A stretch of 64,000 nt of DNA from an uncultured Methanosarcinaceae archaeon. GTDB lineage: Archaea > Halobacteriota > Methanosarcinia > Methanosarcinales > Methanosarcinaceae. The stretch lies in assembly GCA_963833425.1 (NCBI GenBank), contig CAWHXP010000006.1:64001-128000 (forward strand), given 5' to 3'. The position numbers and the translations under genes were made by a program. Positions 1 through 11,279 of this stretch are shown here, one piece after another. Position 1 is the stretch's first letter. Each line of letters opens with the position of its first letter. Below the pieces are notes generated by a model. That model saw nothing but the letters and a program-made list of their open reading frames with translations, was not told the DNA's origin and made no database searches.

Positions 1-1117
1 CTTCGGATTTTATTTCTTAGCAGGGATTTCTCATATCTTCCCCTCAATTTCTCTATTTAATTCCTCTTTTTGGCTTTACTTATTCTCAATTCTTTGATTT
101 TAAAGATATCTTCCGCCATCTTCAATATAGTTTTTTTATTTTCAATGTCCTCAATTGATGAAGATTATAACAAAAAGCCGTACACAACATTTTTAGATTT
201 ACTCTTTTAACAGTAGTAACAAAAACTCTTCCTGCTTTGAAAATTTCTTTCGTTACTGAATAAACTCTTTCCCCTTGGCCTCTTTTTGAGCTAATTCTCT
301 TATTTCTTAATATATCCTTTATTCCCAGCGTATGTCCTTTGACCGCTCTTTTCATTGTTGCATTATACCTTTCGTTTTTGCTCCAAAGTATCCTCTGTCC
401 CTATAAACCACTTCATTTTCCTCTGTCAAATCTACATACGAATCATGTACTGACGCAGTTGTTGTTTTGAATCTTCTGATCAGCTCATAATCTCTGTCTA
501 TTATATTATGAAACTTATATCCAAAGTGAGACTTACCTCCCTTCTTTGTCCATGTTCCGTCTCTGCTTATTCTTGTTTTTGCCTCATCTCTCTCCTTTTG
601 CATGTCCTGGATCTGGATGGATAAAAGTAGCATCCTGAATCATTCCCTGCTTTATCTGTAAACCCAGAGCATCAAGTTGGCCTTGCAACTTTCCCCATAT
701 TTTCTTTGAAATTCTCGATAATTCTATCCCTAAATAGCCATACAGTAGTACTATCAGGTATGTATTCAGGAAATCAAAGGAATTTTCTAAAAGAAATTCA
801 ATCTATACACTGTTTCTCAAGTTCAAAATCAGAAAGCCCATTCCATTGTTGTAAAACAAGCATTTTGAACATCACAATGACATCAGTTTCAGGTCTCCCT
901 CCTGAAAAGGGTTTGTTAATATACATAGGCTCATGAATAATACGAAATGTTTTCCAATCAATTAAGAAATCAATTTCAGCAAGCTTATCTCCAACAGATT
1001 CAAGACGTTTATACTCTTTTTAAGAGCAAAATCAGTAAAAGTTTTCATGAATATACATAAATATTGACAAATTCAAAGTCAACCATGCTCAAGAGCATGG
1101 AGGTTATCGAAATTCTC
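1..1117 (-). mobile_element. IS5-family element, frameshifted transposase; its other terminal repeat lies just outside the window
   Basis: Fragmented DDE transposase (DGTWTKKGGKSHFGYKFH, VYRDRGY); terminal GTTATCGAAATTCTC ending at 1117; homologous to 33154-34252. Confidence 0.9.
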
Positions 1118-1397
1118 TAAAGTAAATATAAACTTGACAGCTAAAGATATAAAATTGATAATGAAATACATATATATATAAGTATATATTTACATACAAA
1201 GATACGTACATCATAATTTAGTTATATTTTAGATAGCATGCATAAAAATTGTAAAAAAATCATAAATAGTCTGATGATATTCAATATATTATTTCACTCC
1301 ATATAGATTTTGCATAGAGATTTTGGAGAGGAAAGTTCAAAAAAATATTGAGAAATACTTTTTTTTTGAATGAAGATATTTAGCAAATCAAACTTGA

Positions 1398-1487
1398 GAG
1401 TATATCGATATACCCTTGATTTTCAAGAATTATTTATACGCTGTTTATAAACATATGGCGAAATTTAGGGGTTTTATCGAAATACTC
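1398..1487. mobile_element. ~90-bp MITE with IS5-type terminal inverted repeats
   Basis: GAGTATATCGATA...TTATCGAAATACTC; interior similar to six other copies. Confidence 0.7.
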
Positions 1488-2053
1488 TATTAATTGAGCG
1501 ATATATTAAGAATCAGCCTGTTCCAAATTCAGATCGAAAAGAGTTTAGAACAATTGTAAACAATCTTCGAATCAACTTATAAGCTCAGAAAAAACATTTT
1601 TAAATTATTCCGGAGAAGTGAGAAAACGCAAAAGATATAAAATAGAACTATAGAATTGCGAAAAGCAATTTTACCCTTGATTAATTTCAAAAGATCGGAA
1701 TCTAATTCTAATCATTGAATCTGTACTTTTTTATTCGAGGAACTAGAGGAAATAAAAAGCGACTATTTAAAACAGCGATCAAAAGAAAAAAGTGGATATT
1801 AATCATACTTATATCTAGCGCAAGGGTGATAAGATGACTAATTATAGAAGTTAAACGAAAACCGGAGTGGGGATGAAACATGTTTATTCAGTAAATGAGA
1901 GTAAATAAAGGTTTTTTGCGGATTTAAAAACACAACCTACTCCTTGCTATAACAAAATTCCCGTAAAAAAACTAACTCGAATACGAAAAACGGATCTAGA
2001 ACAGTTAAACGGCATAATTAAACCATATTTTGAAAGAAAATAGTAGAGGTAAC

Positions 2054-2314
2054 ATGTGTATAGCTATTCCTGGAAAAATCACTTGTATAGTGAATGAAAA
2101 CACTGCCACTGTGAACATGGGGGGAATCTGTAGAAATGTAAATATGGATCTACTGGGAGGGGCCAGTGAATCTATGCTAGGGAAACATGTCCTCGTCCAT
2201 GTTGGATATGCGATAGCTGAAATATCGGAAGAAGAAAGTGAGGAAACAATGCACCTTCTCAAACAGATCGCAGGTCTTGAAGATATAGATACCTTTGAAA
2301 GTGAATCTCAATGA
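2054..2314 (+). CDS. hypC: Hydrogenase maturation chaperone HypC
   Basis: MCIAIPG N-terminus, VLVHVGYAI motif, GAGGT RBS. Confidence 0.95.
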   Translation: MCIAIPGKITCIVNENTATVNMGGICRNVNMDLLGGASESMLGKHVLVHVGYAIAEISEEESEETMHLLKQIAGLEDIDTFESESQ

Positions 2315-2321
2315 AGAATGG

Positions 2322-3452
2322 ATGCTGATTAAAATGAAAAATGGAAATCCTCCTTCAATATCAGCGATTACTAAACTTGAAAAAAAGCTACTGGAAAGAA
2401 TTGGGAATTCAAAGGTATCGCTTCGCATAATGCATGTCTGTGGAACTCACGAGAGGACTATCGCAAAAAATGGACTTAGAAGCGTGCTTCCAAAAAATAT
2501 TGAAGTTATTAGCGGCCCCGGATGCCCAGTCTGTGTCACTCCTGAAGAAGATATAGATATTGCAATCGCCCTATCAAGAAGCGGAATGACAATTGTAACC
2601 TTTGGAGATATGATGAGAGTCCCGGGTTCATCAGAAAGTTTGCTTGACTCAAAATCTGAAGGTTCGGATGTAAGGATGGTCTATAGCATTGAAGATGCTG
2701 TTAACCTTGCAAAAAAAGAGCCCGAACTCGAAGTGGTCTTTTTGGGGATAGGCTTTGAAACCACGGTCCCTGCAAACGCGGCTTCTCTCTTGAGAAATAC
2801 TCCCGATAACTTTAGCCTCCTCACATCTCAGAAGCGAACACCTCCTGCAATAGATATACTGGCCAATGATACAGAAGTTGATGCCTTTATTGCTCCAGGC
2901 CATGTAGCAACAATTATAGGCACAAAACCTTTTGAACCTCTTGCAGAAAAGGGTTTTCCTGTTGTAGTAAGCGGGTTTGAGGCTCGAGACATTTTCCTTG
3001 GGATTAACATGTTACAAATGCAGGTAGAGGAAGGATGCTCAAGAGTGGACAACGGCTACCCAAGAGTCGTAAAACAGGAAGGAAACCGAGTAGCTTTGGA
3101 AATGATGGACAAAGTATTCGAAACTTCGGATTCTGAATGGAGAGGTATCGGGAAAATAAAGAATTCAGGACTCGTACTCAGGAAAAAGTTTGAAGAAAAA
3201 GATGCAGCAAAGAAGTACAAAGATTTTTATGCCTCTTTAGTTAAAGATATTCGAAAAAAAGCCGAAATAAAGGACAAAAATTGTTGCATTTGTGCAGCCA
3301 TCCTCACAGGGAAAGCAAAACCTCCCCAATGCCCGAACTTTGGACAAACATGCACTCCAAAAACCCCTGCTGGGCCATGTATGATCAGCCAAGAAGGAAT
3401 GTGTTATAACTGGTTAAAATATTCTATGAACGGAGGTAATAGACTTGCATGA
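2322..3452 (+). CDS. hypD: Hydrogenase maturation protein HypD (start uncertain, 2322 or 2334)
   Basis: MHVCGTHE, GPGCPVCVTP, GFETT, PGHV and C-terminal Cys cluster. Confidence 0.95.
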   Translation: MLIKMKNGNPPSISAITKLEKKLLERIGNSKVSLRIMHVCGTHERTIAKNGLRSVLPKNIEVISGPGCPVCVTPEEDIDIAIALSRSGMTIVTFGDMMRVPGSSESLLDSKSEGSDVRMVYSIEDAVNLAKKEPELEVVFLGIGFETTVPANAASLLRNTPDNFSLLTSQKRTPPAIDILANDTEVDAFIAPGHVATIIGTKPFEPLAEKGFPVVVSGFEARDIFLGINMLQMQVEEGCSRVDNGYPRVVKQEGNRVALEMMDKVFETSDSEWRGIGKIKNSGLVLRKKFEEKDAAKKYKDFYASLVKDIRKKAEIKDKNCCICAAILTGKAKPPQCPNFGQTCTPKTPAGPCMISQEGMCYNWLKYSMNGGNRLA

Positions 3453-3861
3453 ACTTTCAATTGCCTGCGAGATCCTTGAACAAGTAATTGATTCAGCTAC
3501 ATCTCACAGAGCAACAAAAGTAAAGCAAGTGACTCTCCAGATTGGAAGGTTGACACACACTAATCCTGAGCAACTGAGTTTCTGTTTCAAAGTCATTGCA
3601 GAGGGAAGCATTGCAGCAGATGCAGATTTCATTGTAGAAATGCTACCCCATTCTCTTGAATGCGAATGTGGATATGAGGGAACTGTGGACAAATCACAAA
3701 TCCGAAAAAGCAGCGAACTCAAAAGCGAACTTCTTACTTATATAGAAGCTATGGAATGTCCAATTTGTGGAAAAGAGGGCCACATTGTAGGCGGAAGAGA
3801 ATTGATAATTAAAAGCATTGAGATCGAAACAGAAGACGAAGATTTAACTGAAGATAGATGA
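3445..3861 (+). CDS. hypA: Hydrogenase nickel chaperone HypA
   Basis: MHELSIA start (TTG, GGAGGT RBS), Cys pairs, GRELII. Confidence 0.95.
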   Translation: MHELSIACEILEQVIDSATSHRATKVKQVTLQIGRLTHTNPEQLSFCFKVIAEGSIAADADFIVEMLPHSLECECGYEGTVDKSQIRKSSELKSELLTYIEAMECPICGKEGHIVGGRELIIKSIEIETEDEDLTEDR

Positions 3862-3885
3862 AAATAAACCATTAAGTGATATATT

Positions 3886-4554
3886 ATGTTAATGCATGTA
3901 ATCCATATGGAATACGACGTTTTCAAAGCAAACGATAAAATTGCTGAAAAAAACAGAAAACAGCTTGACAAGCATCAGGTCTTTTCAGTCAATGTCATGG
4001 GGGCAATCGGATCTGGAAAAACGACTCTAATTGAGGAAGCGATCAAAAATCTCAAAGAGAAGTACAGAATAGCTGTGATCGCAGGAGATGTAATCGCGGA
4101 AATGGATGCTTCACGCTTCAGGAAACTCGGAGTACCGACAATTCCTGTAAATACTGGAAAGGAGTGCCATCTAGATGCAAATCTATTGGAAAAAGCCCTT
4201 AATGAAATCGACCTTGAAAACACTGATCTCCTTATAATTGAGAATGTAGGCAATTTGATATGCCCTGTGGACTTCAAACTAGGAGAGCACCTGAGGATAG
4301 TAATCGTAAGTGTAACAGAGGGAGATGACATCATCTTAAAGCATCCGATGATTTTTAAGACTGCAGAACTTGCGATCATAAATAAAGTTGACATTGCATA
4401 TGCAGTTGACTGTAATACCAAGAAAATGCAAGAGGATATTCTTTCCTTAAATCCTGATATTCCTGTTATTTTGACTTCAAAACACGACCTTAAAAGTCTG
4501 GAAACCTGGATTAGCTTTATTGAGCTTCAATTAAAGAAAAATGCGGAGAAATAA
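3886..4554 (+). CDS. hypB: Hydrogenase nickel incorporation GTPase HypB
   Basis: GSGKTT, ECHLDA, ENVGNLICP, NKVD. Confidence 0.95.
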   Translation: MLMHVIHMEYDVFKANDKIAEKNRKQLDKHQVFSVNVMGAIGSGKTTLIEEAIKNLKEKYRIAVIAGDVIAEMDASRFRKLGVPTIPVNTGKECHLDANLLEKALNEIDLENTDLLIIENVGNLICPVDFKLGEHLRIVIVSVTEGDDIILKHPMIFKTAELAIINKVDIAYAVDCNTKKMQEDILSLNPDIPVILTSKHDLKSLETWISFIELQLKKNAEK

Positions 4555-4596
4555 GATATATTAGGAGAGCAAAAAACGGAAAAAAAGGAGGCGGAT

Positions 4597-5643
4597 ATGA
4601 AATCCAATACCATTTCTCTTGAGCACGGTGCAGGTGGAGAAATCATGCAGGCACTGATAGGAGATATAATCCTTAAAAACTTCCGCAACAAAAGTGCAGG
4701 TTCTGTTGGGCTCGAAAACCTTGATGACGGATCCACGGTAAGGCTTGAAAATTTTAATCCTGCATCCGAACTAGTACTGACTACTGACAGTTATGTGATA
4801 ACACCCTCCTTTTTCCCAGATACAAATATAGGAAGACTTGCAGTTGCAGGCACAATCAATGATCTCTCTGTTATGGGAGCACAACCACTTGCTCTTACCT
4901 GTGCTGTCATAGTTCCGGAAGGCTTTTCACTTCAAAAGTTCGAAGAGATAATCAAAACAATGGATGAAACTGCTTCAGAAGTTGGCGTGCCTATAATAAC
5001 GGGAGATACAAAGACCGTCGAGAAAACAGCACTTGATTCAATCATCTTGAACACTGCAGGGCTGGGCATTACTGATAGCCCAGTCAGAGATTCGGGGCTC
5101 AGCCCAGGAGACAGAATTCTTGTCACGGGCACTGTTGGAGACCATGGAATTTCTCTTATAGCCCACAGGGAAGGTTTTGATTTTGATACAGACTTGGTCT
5201 CAGATTCTGCACCCCTATGGAATCTTATAAAGCCTATTTTGAAGCTTAGAACACTAGAAGGAGAGCCGGTAATAACAGCAATGAAAGACCCAACACGTGG
5301 GGGGCTTGCGAACTCCCTAAACGAAATGGCAACAAAATCCAGAACAGGTATCCTTATTGAAGAAGACTGGATTCCCTTCAAGCCTGCAGTTTCCGCGACC
5401 TGTGAGATGCTGGGTCTTGATCCTCTTGAGATTGCAAACGAAGGAAAAGCAATAATTGGAGTAAAATTGGGCTTCGAAGAAGAAGTTCTCTCAATTCTCA
5501 GGCAGCACCCTTACGGCAGAAATGCCGCTATTATAGGGGCAGTTACTACAGAAAACAAGGGAGAAGTAATCCTGAGAAACCGTTTTGGCGGCATGCGCTA
5601 TGTAGATATGCCTTCCGGAGATCCGATTCCACGCGTATGTTAG
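4597..5643 (+). CDS. hypE: Carbamoyl dehydratase HypE
   Basis: HGAGG, TTDSY, DPTRGG, C-terminal PRVC. Confidence 0.95.
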   Translation: MKSNTISLEHGAGGEIMQALIGDIILKNFRNKSAGSVGLENLDDGSTVRLENFNPASELVLTTDSYVITPSFFPDTNIGRLAVAGTINDLSVMGAQPLALTCAVIVPEGFSLQKFEEIIKTMDETASEVGVPIITGDTKTVEKTALDSIILNTAGLGITDSPVRDSGLSPGDRILVTGTVGDHGISLIAHREGFDFDTDLVSDSAPLWNLIKPILKLRTLEGEPVITAMKDPTRGGLANSLNEMATKSRTGILIEEDWIPFKPAVSATCEMLGLDPLEIANEGKAIIGVKLGFEEEVLSILRQHPYGRNAAIIGAVTTENKGEVILRNRFGGMRYVDMPSGDPIPRVC

Positions 5644-5969
5644 CCTAGTTGTGCCAACAGAATTGAGATTCGGTATCTGATTATCCATTTAGCTCACTCA
5701 AGTGAACTTATTTTTTTATTTGTTTTTTATTTTTGCGATCTATTAACTTTAAATGATCAACAAAATTTTGGAGACAAATAACTTATCAGTGTACCATAAC
5801 TATGCCGAATAGTATAGATTTTAAGTTTTCAAAGATTTGTAATTGTAATTCATACAAAACTGATAAACACAACTAATAGTCAATAATTACAGAAATGAAC
5901 TCAAAAAAAATTCACACACTAATTTGTAATAGAGGATTAATTATTTGTTTTACGAGTTGAATAATTACA

Positions 5970-6058
5970 GAAAATTTCAATAAACCCCTAATTTTTGTTA
6001 TATGATTAGAGGTTATATACAAAATAATTCGTGAAAATAAGAGGTTTATTGAAATCGA
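5970..6058. mobile_element. ~90-bp IS5-type MITE (degenerate)
   Basis: GAAAATTTCAATAAACCCCTAA...GAGGTTTATTGAAATC. Confidence 0.6.
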
Positions 6059-6584
6059 TGTTTATCAAAATTATATATAGAGTTTAGGTAAAGAAGGATA
6101 TACAATATTAAGCTCAAAAGCACTAATTCCTATGAATAGTATATAAATAGAATTAATTAAAAAAGAGTTAAGGGGTGCTTTCCAGAATAAAAAATGGGCA
6201 ATTTAACGGATTTGCCAGAAATTCAAATTTAAATTCAGCAACTGTATATTTCTAGGTTTTTGACATGTGATTTCCGTTCTCATAACTTTTTAAGCTGTGA
6301 AATTTTACAGAAAAATAAGAATATTGACGCAAAAAGGAACCAGTGTAAATTTTTAGATTTTAATTACGCAATTTTTTGATCCTAAGTTTTTAGTATTGGT
6401 AAGAGGGAAGAACCGTACTATAAATAACAAAAATGACGGGTAGATAAGAGAAAAAAAGAAGAGAGAAAAAAGGGAATAAAATAGAGGGAACTGAAAAAGC
6501 AAATAAAATGAGCATAAGTGATAAAAAGATAAAAAGAGTATTGAAGAAAATATGATGAGCCATAAAAACCAATGACGAAAATAT

Positions 6585-7088
6585 ATGACAAAAATTCTCA
6601 TCCGAAAAGCCAAGAAATCAGATATGCAGACAATTCAGAGGCTTCTATCCACTTACTTTCTTGACATGGAAGATCTTGACCCAAAAGATTTCTTGCTGTA
6701 TGAGATTGATGGAAAAATTACAGGATGCATTTCCCTTATAAAGATTAATCTACATGGGAAAAATATTATGGAAATTCATTCCATTGCAATCCATCCGAAC
6801 TTTCGGGGAAAAGGGATCGGAACCAAGTTGGTAAAACACCTTTTGAAAAATATGGAGAATTATGCATTCGATTTTTATGTAAGGACAACTGCTCCTAGAT
6901 TTTTTGAAAAACTTGATTTTGTGAAAATAGAAAATTCTGAAAAGTTTTTTCTTTGGGAAGATTGCAAAAATTGTGAGTATTTTGAAAAATGCATTCACTA
7001 TGCTATGAAATATTCTTACAACCCAGTAAAATTCTACCCATCACAATCTCTACAGAAAAGTAATGTTGATGTCGAAGGCGAGGAATAA
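6585..7088 (+). CDS. GNAT family N-acetyltransferase
   Basis: IRKA start, motif A IHPNFRGKGIG, FFEKLDF. Confidence 0.85.
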   Translation: MTKILIRKAKKSDMQTIQRLLSTYFLDMEDLDPKDFLLYEIDGKITGCISLIKINLHGKNIMEIHSIAIHPNFRGKGIGTKLVKHLLKNMENYAFDFYVRTTAPRFFEKLDFVKIENSEKFFLWEDCKNCEYFEKCIHYAMKYSYNPVKFYPSQSLQKSNVDVEGEE

Positions 7089-7212
7089 GGTTCCAAAGTT
7101 TTCGATTGAAAAGCTTGGAACCTCATAGTTGGATTATTTTTGACTCGAAATTCTATAAATTCCCTGATGCGATTCTTTTGCTTTACTGATTCTATATACC
7201 TAGCAAAATTTC

Positions 7213-8067
7213 GGTTCTGTTGCAAAAAATCCTTTCTACTGATACAATAGAACAAAAAGAAAACCAAAGATAGTAACATGCTATCTAATTCCTTTAAATG
7301 GAAGCATTATGAAGGGGAAATTATCCTATTAAATGTAAGATGGTACTTAAAATATGCATTAAGTTATAGAAATTTAAAGGAAATGATGGCAGAAAGAGGA
7401 ATTCAAGTTGATCACAGTACTATAATAAGATGGGTGCATCAATATTCCCCTGAAATAGAAAAGAAAATAAGAAGACATTTAAGACTAACAAACTATTCGT
7501 GGAGAGTTGATGAAACCTATATCAAAGTAAAAGGTAAATGGAAATATTTTTATCGAGCAGTTGACTCAAATGGAAAAACAATTGATTTCATATTAAGTGC
7601 AAAACGAAATAGAAAAGCAGCGAAGAGATTCTTTAAGAAAGCTTTGAGTTCAAATCACAATCAAATTCCAAGAGTAATAACAGTTGATAAGAATCCAGCT
7701 TATCCGCCTGCTATAGATAAACTAAAAATTGACAAAATACTACCTAAAAACGTAGGCATTAGACAAATCAAGTATTTGAATAACATTATAGAACAAGATC
7801 ATAGATCTATAAAGCGGATAGTTCATTCAATGTTAGGATTTCAGTCTTTTCGATCTGCTAATAAAACTTTAAAAGTAATTGAAGCTATGAATATGATTAA
7901 AAAAAGACAAGTCAATAATTTAAATTACTCGGTTCCTAATGAAGTCAAATACATTAATCACTTATTTGGTATAGTTATATAATGTTGGTACATTTTCTTT
8001 GAATATTTTGATTTTTATTAATTACTTATAGATTTACATATTTTTTTGAAGTTTTTGCAACGGAACC
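7213..8067 (+). mobile_element. Complete IS6-family element
   Basis: IRs GGTTCTGTTGCAAAAA / TTTTTGCAACGGAACC around a full transposase; no clean 8-bp target duplication. Confidence 0.95.
7278..7982 (+). CDS. IS6-family transposase
   Basis: WRVDETYIKVKGKW, YRAVD, VDKNPAY, NNIIEQDHR. Confidence 0.95.
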   Translation: MLSNSFKWKHYEGEIILLNVRWYLKYALSYRNLKEMMAERGIQVDHSTIIRWVHQYSPEIEKKIRRHLRLTNYSWRVDETYIKVKGKWKYFYRAVDSNGKTIDFILSAKRNRKAAKRFFKKALSSNHNQIPRVITVDKNPAYPPAIDKLKIDKILPKNVGIRQIKYLNNIIEQDHRSIKRIVHSMLGFQSFRSANKTLKVIEAMNMIKKRQVNNLNYSVPNEVKYINHLFGIVI

Positions 8068-8151
8068 AAATTTAGTATTCACTCACCAAGGCTACCTGAG
8101 CAGTTACCTTTTTCCTACTCTTGTGTCCTCAAGTTTAAATTTTTTAATGCC

Positions 8152-9156
8152 TTATTTTTGCTTTCCTATTTCGATTTTTTTTACAATTTCCTTTAAAATA
8201 TTTTCTTTTGAATGCAGATAAAAAGAAGCTGGAAGTCCTGTATTTGAGATCATATAGAGTAAGCTCATAGCCGTCCTATTAAGTATCGGGGAGCAGTTTA
8301 AAAGAGAGCTCCTTGAGATCCTCACCATTGCATCCAGAGATTTTATCCCTGTAAGATAGCTTTTTATACCTATACTTCTCTGGCTTTTTTCAAAAATAAG
8401 ATCTATCCATGTATTCATTTCATCGATTAATAGTTCCCTTGTAAGGTCTTCAGTGACAATGTAACTTTTCCCATTTTTGATATTTTTAAAAAACTTCCTG
8501 AAATTATCACCCTTTGCAAGAGTGTAAACCTGCCCGAGCTTTCCTGAATGAGTGTCTGTTGTCGCAGCAACGCCTTTGTCGAATCTTTCAGCAAGAGCAA
8601 GGGTAAGTTCATTTTTTTTCTTTAGCTCATGCATATTATACTCAAGTACAGGGAAAAACTTTGCAAGCCTTATTACTGTAGATGGCTGAGGTTCCCGATG
8701 GAAGTCAAACCAGAAAGGATGATTATACATGAAAGGCAAACCTCGATTCTTAAGGTATCTAACAAAACTTTTCAAATCTCTTTCTATTTCTGCGATCTCT
8801 CGAAGTTCGAAGAAATCCTCCCTATCAAGCTCGAAAACATTTACATGTAACTCGTGTCCTGCAAATTTAGGGTCAGCAACACTCATTTCAACTCCAGAAA
8901 TAAGCTTTTCCCGATCCCATCCAAGAATCTTGTATGCTCCGATGGTATTGTGGTCTGTAAATGTAATATAATCCATTCCCATCCCTAGCGCCTTCTCATA
9001 AAGGCTCTCTGGATGCAGATTCCTTGCAGGAAGCACATCAAAGGAGCAGGTTGTATGCACGTGCAGGTCTGCTCGCCTCCAGCCCTCTCCTATAAGCTCT
9101 GCTGCACGTTCCGAAGTTATTAGTCTCTTCTCGAAATTTCTCTTTCTTCTCCTCAT
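8152..9156 (-). CDS. PHP-domain metal-dependent phosphoesterase-like protein
   Basis: DLHVHT, ITFTDHN, GVE, NHP, DTH motifs. Confidence 0.8.
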   Translation of the reverse strand: MRRRKRNFEKRLITSERAAELIGEGWRRADLHVHTTCSFDVLPARNLHPESLYEKALGMGMDYITFTDHNTIGAYKILGWDREKLISGVEMSVADPKFAGHELHVNVFELDREDFFELREIAEIERDLKSFVRYLKNRGLPFMYNHPFWFDFHREPQPSTVIRLAKFFPVLEYNMHELKKKNELTLALAERFDKGVAATTDTHSGKLGQVYTLAKGDNFRKFFKNIKNGKSYIVTEDLTRELLIDEMNTWIDLIFEKSQRSIGIKSYLTGIKSLDAMVRISRSSLLNCSPILNRTAMSLLYMISNTGLPASFYLHSKENILKEIVKKIEIGKQK

Positions 9157-10264
9157 AAGTGTTAATCCATTTATTTTAATTTTTTTGGATTGTTTTAAAT
9201 AAGTTTAAATTTTTGTCTAGTATAATATATCCTTTTTTAGATTAAGGTTTTTACGGAAAACTTTTATCAATATTTAAAAGTTATCCAACTCCAAAGTGAA
9301 TTTTTAAGCTTTTTTCTTATTTTAAAACCATATACGCTTGTTCCTTGCCCATAAGATCATATTTACAAATATTTATAAATAAATAAAGATAGTATTATTT
9401 GTGAACATAAATAAAAATTGATAAAATACAATCTATTTAAAATTTAAAGAATATAATCCACATAATTTTTGAAAATTAAATGAGAACAAAAAGAGATACA
9501 GGTTAAAATTTATACAATGTAAATTTTTGATATAAAACATTGATTTACCCTAAATTTGACAAATGAGTAAAGAGAATTGCTTTTTATGTGAAATTCTGTC
9601 AAATGAATACAAACACAAAACAGAGGACATTCCTCACAATTTCTGAATAGAGATATATTTTCCCATCAAATCTATCCTTGCTGTTCAATCTTTTCATGAA
9701 AAGCTTAATTTTTGCGAAATTTTATCAAGTATAAAGAAAAGAGTTAAATCTCAATAACTTATTGGTAATCTTGTTGAGCTATTAGCTCACAGATAATTTT
9801 AGCATAGAAGAAGTTGGAAAATTATTGAATCAATAAAAAATTATCGACACGTGATTCTTGAAATATTCAATGAAAAAGTTCTTTACAAAATGCTTGAAAT
9901 TTTTGAGAATAACAATAAGAGAAGCCTCTTTGATATTCTGAGCAGTCCAGTTTCTGTTTATGATATCGAACAAGCTGATCTAAACTTGTATTGAACAAAT
10001 ATGCACTTCACCATATTATATATAAAATTAGAGAAATAAAGATATAGTATGACACAGTACAGCGAATTTTGATGAACTTCGATACATTTGAGCATTAAAG
10101 AGTTTGATTCTCTTAACAGTAATTCTAACTCATCAAAACTTTTACTGGTTTTGGTCTTAAAGAATAATCGATATTTCTTCAGTTAGTTGAAGGCAACATA
10201 GCTGAAAATTATTCGGCTATTGATTGGAAATAGTTTAGTACCATTTTTTTAGTCCATATAATTA

Positions 10265-10825
10265 ACAAAACAGTTATTTAACTGAATTATTTGTATTATA
10301 AGCTACCTTTCCACAATAAAAAGGAACTAATCATGCAAAATATTGTGTCTATAGAACAAAAGATCATATGTTTTTTTGTATAAAGTATCGGGAAAAATAT
10401 TCTTAGAAAAATACATCATCAATTATTTCAAATTAGTATACCTTAAAATTGGTACACAGTACTGCTTTGAGTTTGATCAATAGATATTGTTTCGTCATAT
10501 AAATCTTTTCGTTTGTGCTGAATCAAGGAATTTTCCTCTAAGAGTGAGAATGATTATAAAAGTGATCACAGTAAGAAAAAAACAGAATAATGCTCTAAAA
10601 TCAAAAAAGATCTTGACAAAATTGTGGAGTTATAGATGTTAAATCGGAACTGGGGTGATGATATAAATTCCAATTAATTAAAAGCCATATTGAAAATCAG
10701 GGAAACCATGAAGAAAAAGAACCATATAAGCAAGTGGAAATTTTAATTTAGAACAATTCTTTTATATAGAAAGTCGGGTGTGAACATGCCCAGTTACTTG
10801 CAGCGGGGTACATAACCATAAATTT
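10265..10825 (+). mobile_element. Decayed IS200-family element (tnpA fossil)
   Basis: Broken reading NHAKYCVYR..HMFFCIKYR...QYCFEFD...IENQGNHEEKEPYKQ; end hairpin relic TTGCAGCGGGGTAC; DNA similarity to 30600-31217 and 52872-53488. Confidence 0.75.
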
Positions 10826-11279
10826 GAGTTTTTTTGTAGAAGAAACATAGATGGTCATAATAATAAATTGACATTTTCCAGAAAATTCACGTTATTGCAC
10901 TCAGCATACAATTTCGTGCTTTGAACATTAGGTTTCCTGTGCGCAGAAAATATTAGAAAAAGATTGCAGTTGACTAAAGTGTATTCTAAGATGATACCTT
11001 GACCAGCTATCGAAGCACAACTGAGATATATAGAATGTTAAAACCAAAAAAGCTAAAATGCAGTAAAAAGTTATTTATTAAAAATTTAAAAAGAGCTTTA
11101 TATATATATATATCACACAATTGATTTATTTTATTAAAATCCTGACTTCAATACCCAAATGAGCTCTCATTCAAAATTTAGAACCTATCTTACCACTGAT
11201 CTATGTAACATTTCAAGTTCCGCTTCGGGAAACATGATTTTATAGCCAATGTTTTTCAACACCATTCAACAATATACAA

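Noticed and set aside
1083..1100. Hairpin CCATGCTC-AA-GAGCATGG as an independent RNA element
   Set aside because: Subterminal part of the IS5 element, identical in the second copy near 34218
6353..6613. Hydrophobic minus-strand ORFs
   Set aside because: Reverse complement of an A/G-rich spacer; compositional artefact
9157..11279. Replication origin upstream of cdc6
   Set aside because: No repeated ORB boxes; only one weak GTTCCGCTTCGGGAAAC near 11216, and much of the spacer is an IS200 fossil plus an unidentified decayed ORF
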